This document shows, one piece after another, positions 45,870-62,559 of a stretch of DNA of 64,000 nucleotides. A program made the translations under genes and the position numbers. Numbering within the stretch: position 1 is the stretch's first letter; the number at the start of each line of letters is the position of its first letter. The stretch is from the human T2T-CHM13v2.0 reference genome, Homo sapiens. Below the pieces are notes generated by a model that ran no database searches, had not been told where the DNA came from, and saw only the letters and a list, made by a program, of their open reading frames with translations. The DNA lies in NCBI RefSeq assembly GCF_009914755.1, contig NC_060928.1; one strand, 5' to 3'.

Positions 45870-47042
45870 ATTATCATAAGATAATCATAAGGCCATGACA
45901 TTAGCTAATGTTTATTCTAGGTTTATTCTAATTTTTGAAGTAATTGTTGGCTGGTATTTTCTGGTTATGAAAATATATGTAGGTTAACTTCACTATATTT
46001 GTTTAGCTTCTTCTAAATCTAATGGTTCCAGGACAGGTATGTTAGGAAGACAACCCTGAAATAGAGAACAAAAAACTCAAGATCACCAGGAAGTGCTTGT
46101 TTGGAAGGACAAGATGAATTATTGAAGAGTAGCCCTAAAATGTCATGATTCAATTCAAGGAGACAGTTTAATTCTACTCTAGTTGAGTTCATGGTGTACT
46201 TCAGTCTTATTTCATGCTGTGACATTCAGTCTTACACTTCAATCTTATTCTGGGATTGGTATTTTAAAAACTCTGTGTGATTTGTGTGTCACAACGAAAG
46301 TGATAGAGCAGCATCACCAATAAATTGGTATGTATTCCCAACTATTTTAAGAAAGAATGAAGATCTTTTCATGATCTGTTCAGTCACAGAAGAGAGATGT
46401 GCTCAGATCAAGGAGCCTTGAATGTGATGTGAAAATTATTTTGGCTGTCTTTATGCAATGGTTAGGGCTGACCATCTATATTCATAACTCTTGTCTGACC
46501 AACATGACTAGTAATGCATTTAGACACATGACTGTCTTGTCTTTAGATTAAAAACACAGAGGAACTGCTCATGCTAATTTAGAAAAGGGCCATGTAAGTG
46601 GTCCAATTTTTCTCCCGTTGGCTCTAAAGAACATACAATTTTTGTTACCATTGCAAAGCGGAAAAGATTACCTTTTGCAGATTTATTATTTCACATATAG
46701 TTAATGTTGAATTTGTGTGGAAAATCATTGAACCTCAGTCAAATGCATGTATGTGTTATCATCAAAATGTTTTGATTCACAATCTTTGCAAAATTTAGCA
46801 GGATGATTGAAGTTGGTTTTCTCAGCTGCATAAACAAACAGTCTGACTTGTATGGGGTGCTTAATCCACAGGAGACCCAGAGAATTTCAAAAATGGGATA
46901 CAATCAGGAAAAGTCAGAATATTTCAGCAGATTGATATTTATGTACAATCGTGCTACCATGTAAAGTTGTGAGAGCTCTTTCCATTTATTTAATAAGAGC
47001 AGGTTAGAATGTTAGCACTTTCAATGTTAAAGAGATTTAAGG
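45870..47042 (-). pseudogene. Fossil exon, RdRP-like core
   Basis: Acceptor tatttttccacatAG, phase 1 matching the upstream donor; HNFT(fs)GSTIV, PIQVRLF, SAKGNLF, RQSCV(fs)K, IHTNLLVMLL, FQGCLPNIPVL, KPRINIS*CHGLMII. Confidence 0.6.
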
Positions 47043-47952
47043 CTATGTGGAAAAATACTATGTCTGTCTATATACTTTTTCATTTTCTATAATTGTACAA
47101 ATTTCTTTGTCAAAACATCTTCCATTATATTTATAAAGACCTCATTGAAATAAAAATCAGTTTGAGATAAGCTCTATTTCCTAGAAAAGTCTCCCTTGTT
47201 GTCTCAGATAAGTATTACATAAGCTACTCTAACAGGACTGATTACCTAAGGCATATTAGAAAGCAATGAAGCATAAAACTTCTTTTCAATATCAAATTCA
47301 AAGCAGGACAAAAGGTGAATTCATTAATGCGAATGTTAAAACAAATGAAATAGAAAGTCAGAGTTGTTAATTATGCGGGAAAAACAAATGAGAGTTTGTC
47401 ATGCTTAAAAAAACCTTTTAAAATATATTATTCAAAAGAAAATTTTGTTAATATTGTTCTCTGAGGTCATAATATCAAAAATATATGTATAAATGCCTTT
47501 AAAAGCTGTGAAAATTGTGAATCTAATACTTTTTAATTTTGTTATATTTTCTATTATGGATGTGAAAAGTAGCAAGTGATAATAATTATGAACAAGGAAG
47601 AAGAAATAAGTGTATCTCTTGTAATCAGCAAAGAAAACAGCCACAGCTCATGAGAAGGAATAAATAAATAAAATTCCATCATTTTGGTAACTGATAGTCT
47701 CTGTATTGATCTGTATTCCATAAATGAATCTCTCTAACTGACAAGAAACTGAATTTTCCTTTTAAAGACTTCTAATTTTTACACTTATTCATTCAAACTC
47801 ATGTTATATAGCAAGCATTTCCTCTTCAGAGGTGTTAAGAGCTTTATTCCAAATAATGAAACTTTCACAACTACCTAGTATAGAACATAGGTTAAAACAA
47901 TAGCAAGAGAAACGTGTACATTTGCATAAATCTATTTAGAAACCACATTCAC

Positions 47953-48427
47953 CTGGCAGATTAATTACAATAGAGGATCAATCTAAACTCATTAAGAGAG
48001 TCAACTCAAGGTTTTGCTTTTGACGGTATGTGGTATATCTCCAACACCTGTCCAAATCTTCTCATAGACATATCCAACTTTTAGATAGCCTTTTAGCATT
48101 CATTTAAACATTTAGAGTTCCTTCCTGACAAAAACAAATTTAATCCTGCACACAGGTACTTCCAACTTCTGGTGATAAGTAGAATTGCCAGCAATACAGG
48201 CTAAATAAGAATATGTGTTGCCTAAATGAATAAAGTCATTCAACTTTCACAATGAAATGTCTTTGTTTTCAACATGGTTGGTATCTACAGCATAGAGGTG
48301 CTTTTTCAGTCATGAATAAAAAATGTCTGCCTTTCACATTCTCATTAAAACCTCATTTATGAGTTGTCTCCCCTAAAACTCCTATTTTAAGCCTGCTGGA
48401 GATAGTTGATAGTCAAGATAATTGTCT
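47953..48427 (-). pseudogene. Fossil exon, 3' part (after L1 insertion), RdRP-like N-terminal motifs
   Basis: One frame reads KLNDFIHLGNTYSYLA...KFVFV...EKIWTGVGDIPHTVKSKTLS*L; donor CAG|GTGAAT. Confidence 0.6.
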
Positions 48428-48708
48428 AAGGAATAAGCTGGGGGAGGAGCCAAGATGGCCGAATAGGAACAGCTCCGGTCTACAGCTCCCAGCTTGAGCT
48501 ACGCAGAAGACAGGTGATTTCTGCATTTCCATCTGAGGTACCGGGTTCATCTCACTAGGGAGTGCCAGACAGTGGGCGCAGGTCAGTGGGTGCGCGCACA
48601 GTGCGCGAGCCGAAGTAGGGCGAGGCATTGCCTCACTTGGGAAGCGCAAGAGGTCAGGGATTTCCCTTTCTGAGTCAAAGAAAGGGGTGACGGACTGCAC
48701 CTGGAAAA

Positions 48709-48891
48709 TCAGGTCACTCCCACCCGAATACTGCGCTTTTCCAATAGGCTTAAAAAACTGTGCACCACAAGATTATATCCCGCACCTGGCTCGGAGGGTC
48801 CTACGCCCACGGAGTCTTGCTGATTGCTAGCACGGCAGTCTGAGATCAAACTGCAAGGCAGCAGCGAGGCCGGGGGAGGGGCACCCGCCAT
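48709..48891 (-). other. ORF0: L1 ORF0 (antisense), prematurely terminated
   Basis: MAGAPPPASL..CSLISDC matches primate L1 ORF0; 60 aa rather than 71. Confidence 0.85.
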
Positions 48892-49346
48892 TGCCCAGGC
48901 TTGATTAGGTAAACAAAGCAGCCTGGAAGCTCAAACTGGGTGGATCCCACCACAGCTCAAGGAGGCCTGCCTGCCTCTGTAGGCTCCACCTCTGGGGGCA
49001 GGGCACAGTCAAACAAAAAGACAGCAGTAACCTCTGCAGACTTAAATGTCCCTGTCTGACAGCTTTGAAGAGAGCAGTGGTTCTCCCAGCACGCAGCTGG
49101 AGATCTGAGAACGGGCAGACTGCCTCCTCAAGTGGGTTCCTGACCCCTGACCCCCGAGCAGCCTAACTGGGAGGCACCCCCCAGCAGGGGCACACTGACA
49201 CCTAACATGGCAGGGTACTCCAACAGACCTGCAGCTGAGGGTCCTCTCTGTTAGAAGGAAAACTAACAAACAGAAAGGACATCCACACCAAAAACCCATC
49301 TGTACATCACCATCATCAAAGACCAAAAGTAGATAAAACCACAAAG

Positions 49347-50364
49347 ATGGGGAAAAAACAGAACAGAAAAACTGGAAACTCTAAAAATCAGAGCGCCTCT
49401 CCTCCTCCAAAGGAACGCAGTTCCTCACCAGCAAGGGAACAAAGCTGGATGGAGAATGACTTTGACGAGCTGAGAGAAGAAGGCTTCAGACGATCAAATT
49501 ACTCTGAGCTACGGGAGGACATTCAAACCAAAGGCAAATAAGTTGAAAACTTTGAAAAAAAATTTAGAAGAATGTATAACTAGAAGAACCAATACAGAGA
49601 AGTGCTTAAAGGAGCTGATGGAGCTGAAAACCAAGGCTCGAGAACTACGTGAAGAATGCAGAAGCCTCAGGAGCCGATGCAATCAACTGGAAGAAAGGGT
49701 ATCAGCAATGGAAGATGAAATGAATGAAATGAAACGAGAAGGGAAGTTTAGAGAAAAAAGAATAAAAAGAAATGAGCAAAGCCTCCAAGAAATATGGGAC
49801 TATGTGAAAAGACCAAATCTACGTCTGATTGCTGTACCTGAAAGTGATGGGGAGAATGGAACCAAGTTGGAAAACACTCTGCAGGATATTATCCAGGAGA
49901 ACTTCCCCAATCTAGCAAGGCAGGCCAACGTTCAGATTCAGGAAATACAGAGAACGCCACAAAGATACTCCTCGAGAAGAGCAACTCCAAGACACATAAT
50001 TGTCAGATTCACCAAAGTTGAAATGAAGGAAAAAATGTTAAGGGCAGCCAGAGAGAAAGGTCGGGTTACCCTCAAAGGGAAGCCCATCAGACTAACAGCG
50101 GATCTCTCGGCAGAAACCCTACAAGCCAGAAGAGAGTGGGGGCCAATATTCAACATTCTTAAAGAAAAGAATTTTCAACCCAGAACTTCATATCCAGCCA
50201 AACTAAGCTTCATAAGTGAAGGAGAAATAAAATCCTTTACAGACAAGCAAATGCTGAGAGATTTTGTCACCACCAGGCCTGCCTTACAAGAGCTCCTGAA
50301 GGAAGCACTAAACATGGAAAGGAACAACCGGCACCAGCCGCTGCAAAATCATGCCAAAATGTAA
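49347..50364 (+). pseudogene. L1 ORF1p, disrupted by stop and frameshift near 49540-49560
   Basis: ORFs 49347..49541 and 49543..50364. Confidence 0.95.
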
Positions 50365-50412
50365 AGACCATCGAGACTAGGAAGAAACTGCATCAACTAA
50401 TGAGCAAAATAA

Positions 50413-54252
<3,840 letters not shown>

Positions 54253-54480
54253 ACAATGAGATCACATGGACACAGGAAGGGGAATATCACACTCTGGGGA
54301 CTGTTGTGGGGTAGGGGGAGGGGGGAGGGATAACATCGGGAGATATACCTAATGCTAGATGACGAGTTAGTGGGTGCAGCGCACCAGCATGGCACATGTA
54401 TACATATGTAACTAACCTGCACAATGTGCACATGTACCCTAAAACTTGAAGTATAATAAAAAAAAAAAATAAAAAAAAAA

Positions 54481-54729
54481 AAGGAATAAGCTGCCAGCCA
54501 TTTACTCCTTAAGACTCTTCAGACTTTTTCCCTGTGTTTCCAGATAATCAGAATGCTGTCATAATCACTTTGGTTCCTGGAGTAATTGCATTTAAATTTT
54601 GTCCAAGGTATCTATCAAAGGCTGATACAAGAAACAACCATATGCAGAAGATCTTTGCTATAGTTTACAAAGTCGTATTGAGGATACAGGCTATTATGTT
54701 GTTTAAATGCATCAGCATCTTCATAAAAC
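54481..54729 (-). pseudogene. Fossil exon, 5' part (before L1 insertion)
   Basis: Acceptor tatttttctcctttAG; FYEDADAFKQHNSLYPQYDFVNYSKDLLHMVVSCISL; frame continues across the empty L1 site. Confidence 0.55.
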
Positions 54730-55048
54730 CTAAAGGAGAAAAATATTTCTCTTGATGAACTGCTATCCTTTCTTTTAGACAAGGAGAGTATAATAAATAC
54801 AAAGCTATGTGCTAAAATGCTATAACTCTCTCCAACACGTTTTATTTTGATAAAAAAATTATCTAATTTTGTACTTCCCTAGTTAGTGCCATTTGTCATA
54901 TATCAGTGGTTTTTGACTCACAGTATACATTTTTCTTATCAGTCACAATTTTTAAATTGGATAATATTTAACAACATTAAGCACATATAATGATATATTG
55001 AGAAGACATAATGGTAAAATAGATCTAAAATAGGTTAGGGGATATTAA

Positions 55049-55384
<336 letters not shown>

Positions 55385-55619
55385 TAAGTGAGTAAGTGTT
55401 TACTCACTTAAAAATTCACTTTTAGATAATCTAGAAGTGCAGTAACAGTATAAAATGAAAAAGAATACAAATGAACTATTTATTTTACTATCAAAATGTC
55501 GATAATACAAAAAAAAAGAGAATAGGTTTGAGATTAAAAGTTGGAAAAAGGGAAGCCTTGGAAAATAAGTTCAGGATATTTCAAAAATTGGAAAATCTCA
55601 CTCCATGAATCATTCACAT

Positions 55620-56110
55620 AAACTACCCCCTCCACCTCCTCCATCCTCTTTCTTAAGTTTTATATTTCCATTCATCAGTTCACTACATGTCTTTCCAGTT
55701 ATTCAGAGTCTGAAATTTGACATAATCTTTGATTTGTCCTACCTTTTTTTTCTTATATCAATTTATCAGAAAGTGATAGAATAGCATTTCATTGAACTGT
55801 CTTTTGTGACTATCTCTGAACAAAGTATAGGCTGCCTAACATGGAATCAAGACCTTTCGTGGCTTAAAGCAACTTTATCTCCTTAGCATTGCTCCCCACT
55901 ATTAATAAAATTCTCTCTGATGAGGATTTCAATACCTTTAAAGCATATATGTAACATTATATACTAAGTAAGTTCCTGAGTCAAGCCTGCTGTTTTTATT
56001 TTATTCTATCTGTAATAACGATTTTTTACTAAGTTTTACCTGTATTTTGTGTTCAAAATTTAATTACATTATTCTCTGAATGACTGCAGAATTCATTCAT
56101 TCATTCATTG
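55620..56110. mobile_element. Probable L2 fragment
   Basis: L2-like sequence with an adjacent (ATTC)n tract. Confidence 0.4.
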
Positions 56111-56521
56111 TTTTTTTTTCTGCATCCCTTTGAATACACACATGACATGCAAAGGATCAGTTTAAGGTGTTGTGAAAGAGCAAAGACTTATAACATAGTC
56201 TGCACTTTTAACTAACTGGAATCCCACATTTAATTTTTATATAAATGAATTTTCTCCACAATGAGATTATAGCAATTTAGAAGCAGTGGTCATATTTGGC
56301 ACTTCTATTCCTCACAGTTTTTGGCAGAAATATTCATTTGATTGAATTTCTTAAATTAAAAAAAACTTGGAAAAATATAATGTTAATTTTATCTCTACAA
56401 AGTTTCTGGAAAAAGAAAGTCTATAAAATAACTAGCATTATAACCAGAAAGTAGAGTTATTTCTAAGCTAAAATTGCTAATTTAAAATACAAGAAAAATA
56501 GTCTCTTTTTATAGGTATTAC

Positions 56522-57469
56522 CTTATGAAGCATAATCCTCTCTTAAGAGAATGGCAATAGTGGGCAGCATAAGATAGCTGTGATTTTTAAAAGTGCTTAT
56601 TAAAACATTTGTTTAAATCTATTATAACCAGAGGAAATTAGTTCAGCTCCCAGGGCAATTCCCATTCCAAAAGCAAGGGGTCTATTTTAATCATCTCTTA
56701 AACCTTTAGAAAGAACTGTACTAATTCTCCATTGAAAACTGGACAATTATTCGACTGGGACCATTGTTGAGCGTGAGATGCTTTGTGAAACCTGTTACTC
56801 TCTCCTCTGTATGGTTCCAGAAAAGCAAAGCCACTGTTGATTGAAGTGATAAAGCTAATGACCTATTTACAGAATGTAAAATAGTAACTAATTTATGATC
56901 ATATAATCCTAGGTTTAAAAGATTTCATGTTGGATTAATAAGCACTTTCATCCCCCAGACAGTCCAAGATAAGATCTGTTTTACTTTCAAGGTCTCTCAA
57001 AAGAAGGGATTTTCAAAGTGCTATCTTCAGTTATTCCTGTGCTTAAAAACTCTCACAGCTTGAAAATCTACACTAATAACAGTCCAGGTTTATTATACTT
57101 TTTAAAAAATCATTACAAAACAAAGAATTGGCCACCTTTTCTATAAGGTCTCTTCATATACAGTACATGAAGAAGAATAATTATCTCACTATGTCTTCTT
57201 TTTCAAATGCAAGTATTCTATTTCCTTAATTTTTTTTCAGAGACATGATTACTGAAAATTCTTCATCATAATTTTTATTTCTCCTTGCACCTTTCCCACA
57301 TATTCCAGATTCTTCATTAGCTGACTCAACCACAAACATTCAGAGTAATCAAGAAGCGCGTGACCAAAGCAAGATAACATTTCTTCTTGACTTTTAAAAA
57401 TCGTTCCTGGATTTTACTAATCTAAGCTCTAATAACTCCTACATGATACCCAACTTGGGTTTCTCAGAC
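56522..57469 (-). pseudogene. Two fossil exons (57469-57291, 56862-56522) encoding a cold-shock-like domain
   Basis: Splice joins EYVGK|VISFITSINSGFAFLEP...GELVQFFLK, then (fs) NRPLAFGM. Confidence 0.55.
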
Positions 57470-57519
57470 CTGTAGAGAGTGAATGTAGCAAAGAGGAAAC
57501 AGACTTGTTGTGAAATCCT

Positions 57520-57596
57520 AATGATCTGTACAACAAACCCCCGGGACAAGAGTTTACCTATGTGACAAACCTTCACACATACCCCTGAACCTAAAA

Positions 57597-57627
<31 letters not shown>
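57520..57627 (+). mobile_element. Short L1PA 3' end with poly(A)
   Basis: ATCTGTACAACAAACCCCC...CCCTGAACCTAAAATAAAAG. Confidence 0.85.
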
Positions 57628-57812
57628 GAAAATGTAAATTCACCACTGATAGAACTGCACAGGTCATATGCAACACCAGATCTCTTTGCCATTGTTCACA
57701 CTTAGGAGCTGATATATGGAAACATTCAACAGAAGTTTCCTATTAATGTAAAATTTTTAAGTTTTAATGTTGTTGTTATTTGAAAATTTTAAAAAACCCA
57801 TTGGAATTGGAG

Positions 57813-57814
<2 letters not shown>

Positions 57815-57851
<37 letters not shown>
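57815..57851. repeat. (CA)n microsatellite
   Basis: Direct. Confidence 0.95.
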
Positions 57852-57854
<3 letters not shown>

Positions 57855-58443
57855 AGCTAAATGATTACTTATTTAACAAATTGAGAATTGATTCTTATTG
57901 AATGAGGTTTTTTTAGGGGAAAAACTCGATTATTTCCTTGGGGAAAAATAATCATGTAAATGGATAGAATTTGAAACAAAATGAAACCACTGGGGCACCC
58001 TTTAAGATAATTATTTTTTGTAAATCTCTTATATAATCTTTATTTCTGCTTCACAATATATGTTAAAATTTGTCTTTCTAAAGTTTCCCCTTTTTATGTG
58101 ATTCTTCGCCAATTTCAAGATTTTTTTGAACTAATTTATGCCCTTAGAATTACTGGAAAAATTTCTAAAATCTATTCTAACTCTTAAGTGTGTTCTTTAT
58201 GTTACCATACTCAGCACTTAAGTTGTTCAAAATACTGGGGTAATAAAAATACTCTGATGAAGGGCACTTGTAATGACTATTATGCCACTAAATTCAGAAA
58301 TTTAGATCCTTTTTTTCATCTAGTCGATCCCTCCATTCATTTACTATGAGGCGATACAATCATATTTTTTTTCTCTTGTGAAAAAAAGTCTGCTTCAATG
58401 AAAAGCCAAAAAAAAAAAAGCTGCAAGTGTCAAAATAAATTAC

Positions 58444-59355
58444 CTGTATTACATTCTCTTAACCTACTGTGTCTGTCATAGGAAACTACTTATGGGCAAA
58501 GGGACTATTTTATCTCAATATCAGAAAGCAGTTTGTAAAGGAGGGGAAAATCCATTTGCTTTATATTGCGTTTCAGAAACTGACATAGCAAAATTTCAAC
58601 TTTGAGATACTGAGAAGGGTCATAAATTTGAAGGTTCAGGAAACATTCAATTTAATGTCGTTCTTGATTTTCTACACAATAGCCTTTGGTTGCTCTGGGT
58701 CATGTGAAATAAATAAGTGTTATATTCTAATCCATCTAAATCATATAGAGCAAAATAAATGTTATATCCTAATATATCAAACTCATATAGTGCATATCTC
58801 ATCATGATGAATATGATAATCCTTGAATGTATAATCCAAGTATTAGTAACAAGATAAAATTACTCTGTATCCTAAAGATGGTCCATATTTAGCTACCTTC
58901 ATAAAGCCAGTTTCCACAGGTAAAATCAAATGTATTTGTTCACTGAAACGGAGGTACTATAATTACCTATATATTTGCCAAGGTCAAGCCAGCATTACTG
59001 ATAGCACTGCCCTTTTACCAAATAATAAGATTCTTATCACAAGTCGTTAAAATATTGCCCAGTAGATACAAGGAAACAGAGTTAATCTAAGAAAGAAATG
59101 CCTTTTCATTATTCATTGAGACCAAATAAAATTAAGGTAAAACAAAGTTTGAAAAAAATAAAATCAATTAAGCCTTCCATTAAAACAAAATTAAACTCTA
59201 ATTCCAAATGAGAAAAGGGATTTTCTGCCATGGAAAGTCTTCTTTATTTAAAGAATAAAGATAAAAATAGATGAACTTACAAAATACAGCAGTCTTGTTT
59301 AATCACAGCAGGACAGTTGAGTATATTCTCTCAGAGTTCTTTTGGGGTACATTTC
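58444..59355 (-). pseudogene. Three fossil exons (75, 120 and 251 nt)
   Basis: Acceptors ttttcgtttcAG, tttctttcttAG, catgacccAG; donors GTAAGT, AG|GTAATT, CAG|GTAATT. Confidence 0.55.
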
Positions 59356-62300
59356 CTGAAACGAAAATTAAATTAATGTTAAGGCCAAGCTTAAAAATGA
59401 CCATAAGGAAACTATGGTTTGTATAATGGAAAGACCACACAAATGTTGTAGAAATTTTGGGCCTATGTAAGTAGTCTTTAAAATATAATACTGTTCTTAA
59501 TTTCATTTCTGCCAATATTCAGATCATGTGAAATAATTTATATAAATTTCTGTATGGTTGCAAAATATCTACATATTTCATAATAAGAAATAAACTGAAG
59601 TTTTATTTTCTAATAGAGAATTTCAAAATAATCTCTTCTGGCATAAGATAAGAAGGGTTATTTGAGCCATTTATGTACTGCCAAACAATGTAAGACACTC
59701 AGGAACCTCTCCAAAGACAGAGGCAAAATTTTAAAAGTCAAACTAGAATATCTGGTTTCAATTTGATCTAGTTGTTTGATAAAAATACAGTCTGAATTTG
59801 CCTCAAAGTTTTGAACATAATGAGGATGAGTAAAAGGATGCGGTGATTGAAGGATAAGCAACAGCTTCACTTTTGGATCCTTATGTAATCTAAGCAGCAC
59901 ATCAGGAGGAAATATCCACAAGCCATGTACTTCACTACCTCTATTATCCCTTTGTATAAAACAACACCAACTATTTTATCTCTTGTTTTAGGATCCACTC
60001 AATAGAAGACATACATGGCTACAATACTAAATTGCCTTTGTTTAGTTGAAAGGGCTAAGGATACAATTGTGTGTATAATGAGCTGGCATCCATATCTTAT
60101 AATCTCTCCATATTCTTTTTCTGCATGTAGAATGATCACAAGAAAGTATCTTAACAAACTAAAGTAATAGGGGATATTATTGATCATTTTTTCAAAGAAT
60201 GTATACAGTAGCACTGTAGTTGCAGAGAAAACATGACATTTTCATATCAGAGTTGTATCTGTTTATGAAGTCAATGTACATAGAGCTAAAGCAGAAATTG
60301 TATAATAGTTATATAAAATGAGTTTGCTTATAGAATTAATAAGTTGACATATAAAAGTCAACCGCTGACACTGGGAACACATTGTAACCACATAAGGTGA
60401 GAAAACTAAATTCACACTATATACAACAAATGAAAAATCAGATCAGTTAGAGAAACAACAAAAACAACAACAAAATATTTCTACAAGAAAAGAATATATT
60501 GCATAGAACCATGAAAATTTCCATTAATTTTTAAATGTTTATCAACACAATTTTTAAAATAGGTCATTGTTATTATTTCCACTTTCGCTGTTTTTTAATA
60601 AATTATGTATTACAATTTTTAAATAAATTATGTATTTTCAAATTCTGAAAATAAGATATTACCAATCAAATACCCATTAAACAATTGCAAATAAATTTGA
60701 CAAATTAAAGAATGATATCTTTCCTTGGCTCAGGATAGTGAGGACACTGTCTTCCAGCTTTAACTGTGGCTACCTGCAGTTTTGCTTATTTAAGTTGAAT
60801 AACTTGGAACATTCTCTATTTCAATGGACTTTATTTTCACATATTATGTAGTTTAATGAAATTGGTATATTAAAATCCAAGTTCCAAATACAAGGTATTA
60901 TGAAATATCATTGGGTGCATTAGCATAATGAAAACAAACAGGAACAAGAAACTCCAAACATATGTTGTTATTGGTTGGATGAAAGAGATTAGGATTATGT
61001 ATTCTACTGCTTCATGATTTTAGGTTCCCCACATGGCCTTTTGAAAGCTTAATAGTTTGATGCTTTCTCTCTATATACATACCTTTCTAACATTTACATC
61101 CTTTTGTGTCATATGGCATGAAAGACAATACAGAAAGGGAGAAAGAAAGGAAAAGAGAGAGGGAGGGAAAGATAAAGAAAAAGAGGAAAGAAAGATGCAT
61201 ATTTATGTATCTGGGGAAAGGAGGGAGCTCTAAACTGTGGTCAGCACCGGCGTTCTTACATATTTGGGCATTTGGTGAGGTGGGTGCCAAAAATCTCTTT
61301 GTATGAATGACTTAGGTGAATCGTGAGAAAAATCTAATAAATAATTGTATAGGTACGTCTATCTGATAAATAAATTATTCAGGGAGGGGTAGGGGGGATG
61401 TCAAAATTTAAGCAACAGATGGTGCATAACCATTAGACATGAGATTTATCTTTCAACACAATCTCCCTTGACTCATTGCATATTATTTTGGAAAGAACAA
61501 GGATGTAAGTAAAAAGTGAAATACTGGACTGCTTTGGTTATTCAAATTGAGCACAACACTTCTCAGGGTGACCCACTCATTTTAAACATCATTTTAATTT
61601 TTATATAAAAACGATAACTGTTTAACCCCAAAATAGGAGACTTGCATATTTATTAAAGCAAACTTCCAGTAGAGGGGATAAAGGATTCCATTATAATAGG
61701 GTCAAAAAACATCATTCCACTGGGACTTATAAAGGAGGGACAAGTTGGTAAACTAAAGATTTGTGAATCGAAAATCAGTGTCGATTTAATAACATATATG
61801 ATAACCTGTGCTTCTGAACAAGTAGCTGAGCTTCAAAACATACGTTTATCTACCTATCAGTCGATTTATCTATCCATATATCAATAAATGAAATGATTAA
61901 CCAATCAACTAATCTATTGTTATATGTATGTATACATATATGTATATTCATAAAAATAAAAATATATCTCATTGACTTAATGCACTGGTTATATTTAATA
62001 TATTTTTATTGCCATTCACATTATTTTCTTATTGTTTATTGTAACATTAAGGTTTTTCTGAGTTCCCTGTTTAAGTAAAAGATGCTTCCAGTATGATATG
62101 AATTACATAAACACAATTAGCATTTACCCATTAATAATTCAAAAATAAGTATTAATGAAGGCTTAACGATTTTTATATAATGACCCATTCTTTAAATGAC
62201 AGGAATTGTTAATATTTAGTGCAGAAATTTAATCAGTATAAAATTAAATGCTGTGTTAAAATTTGCTTTTTCCCAGTATATAAGTATTATATTATATTAT

Positions 62301-62559
62301 GTTATATTTTGCTATTTTTCCTAAGTACAATAAATGCAATAAGATTTACAATGAAATAATCAGAAGATAACTATTGAAACAGCTTATTTTATTACGATAA
62401 ATAGTATTGAGACAAGAAAAAAATGGGAAACTACACACACACAATACAATGTTTGGAACATTGCAAAAATTTTGGAGAATTCAGAGTGAATTACCAAAAA
62501 AAAAAAAGGCAGAGGAAAACACTTCAGAGCTATTAATTTTAGCAGAATATAGTACAAAT

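Noticed and set aside
46080-46100. QALPGDL as the RdRP LHPGD motif
   Set aside because: It occurs before the KPRINI/GLMII segment, which is out of canonical order.
59700-59790. IKQLDQIETRYSSL as Gypsy RNase H
   Set aside because: No upstream TDAS motif or other pol features; it fits the exon chain better but remains unassigned.
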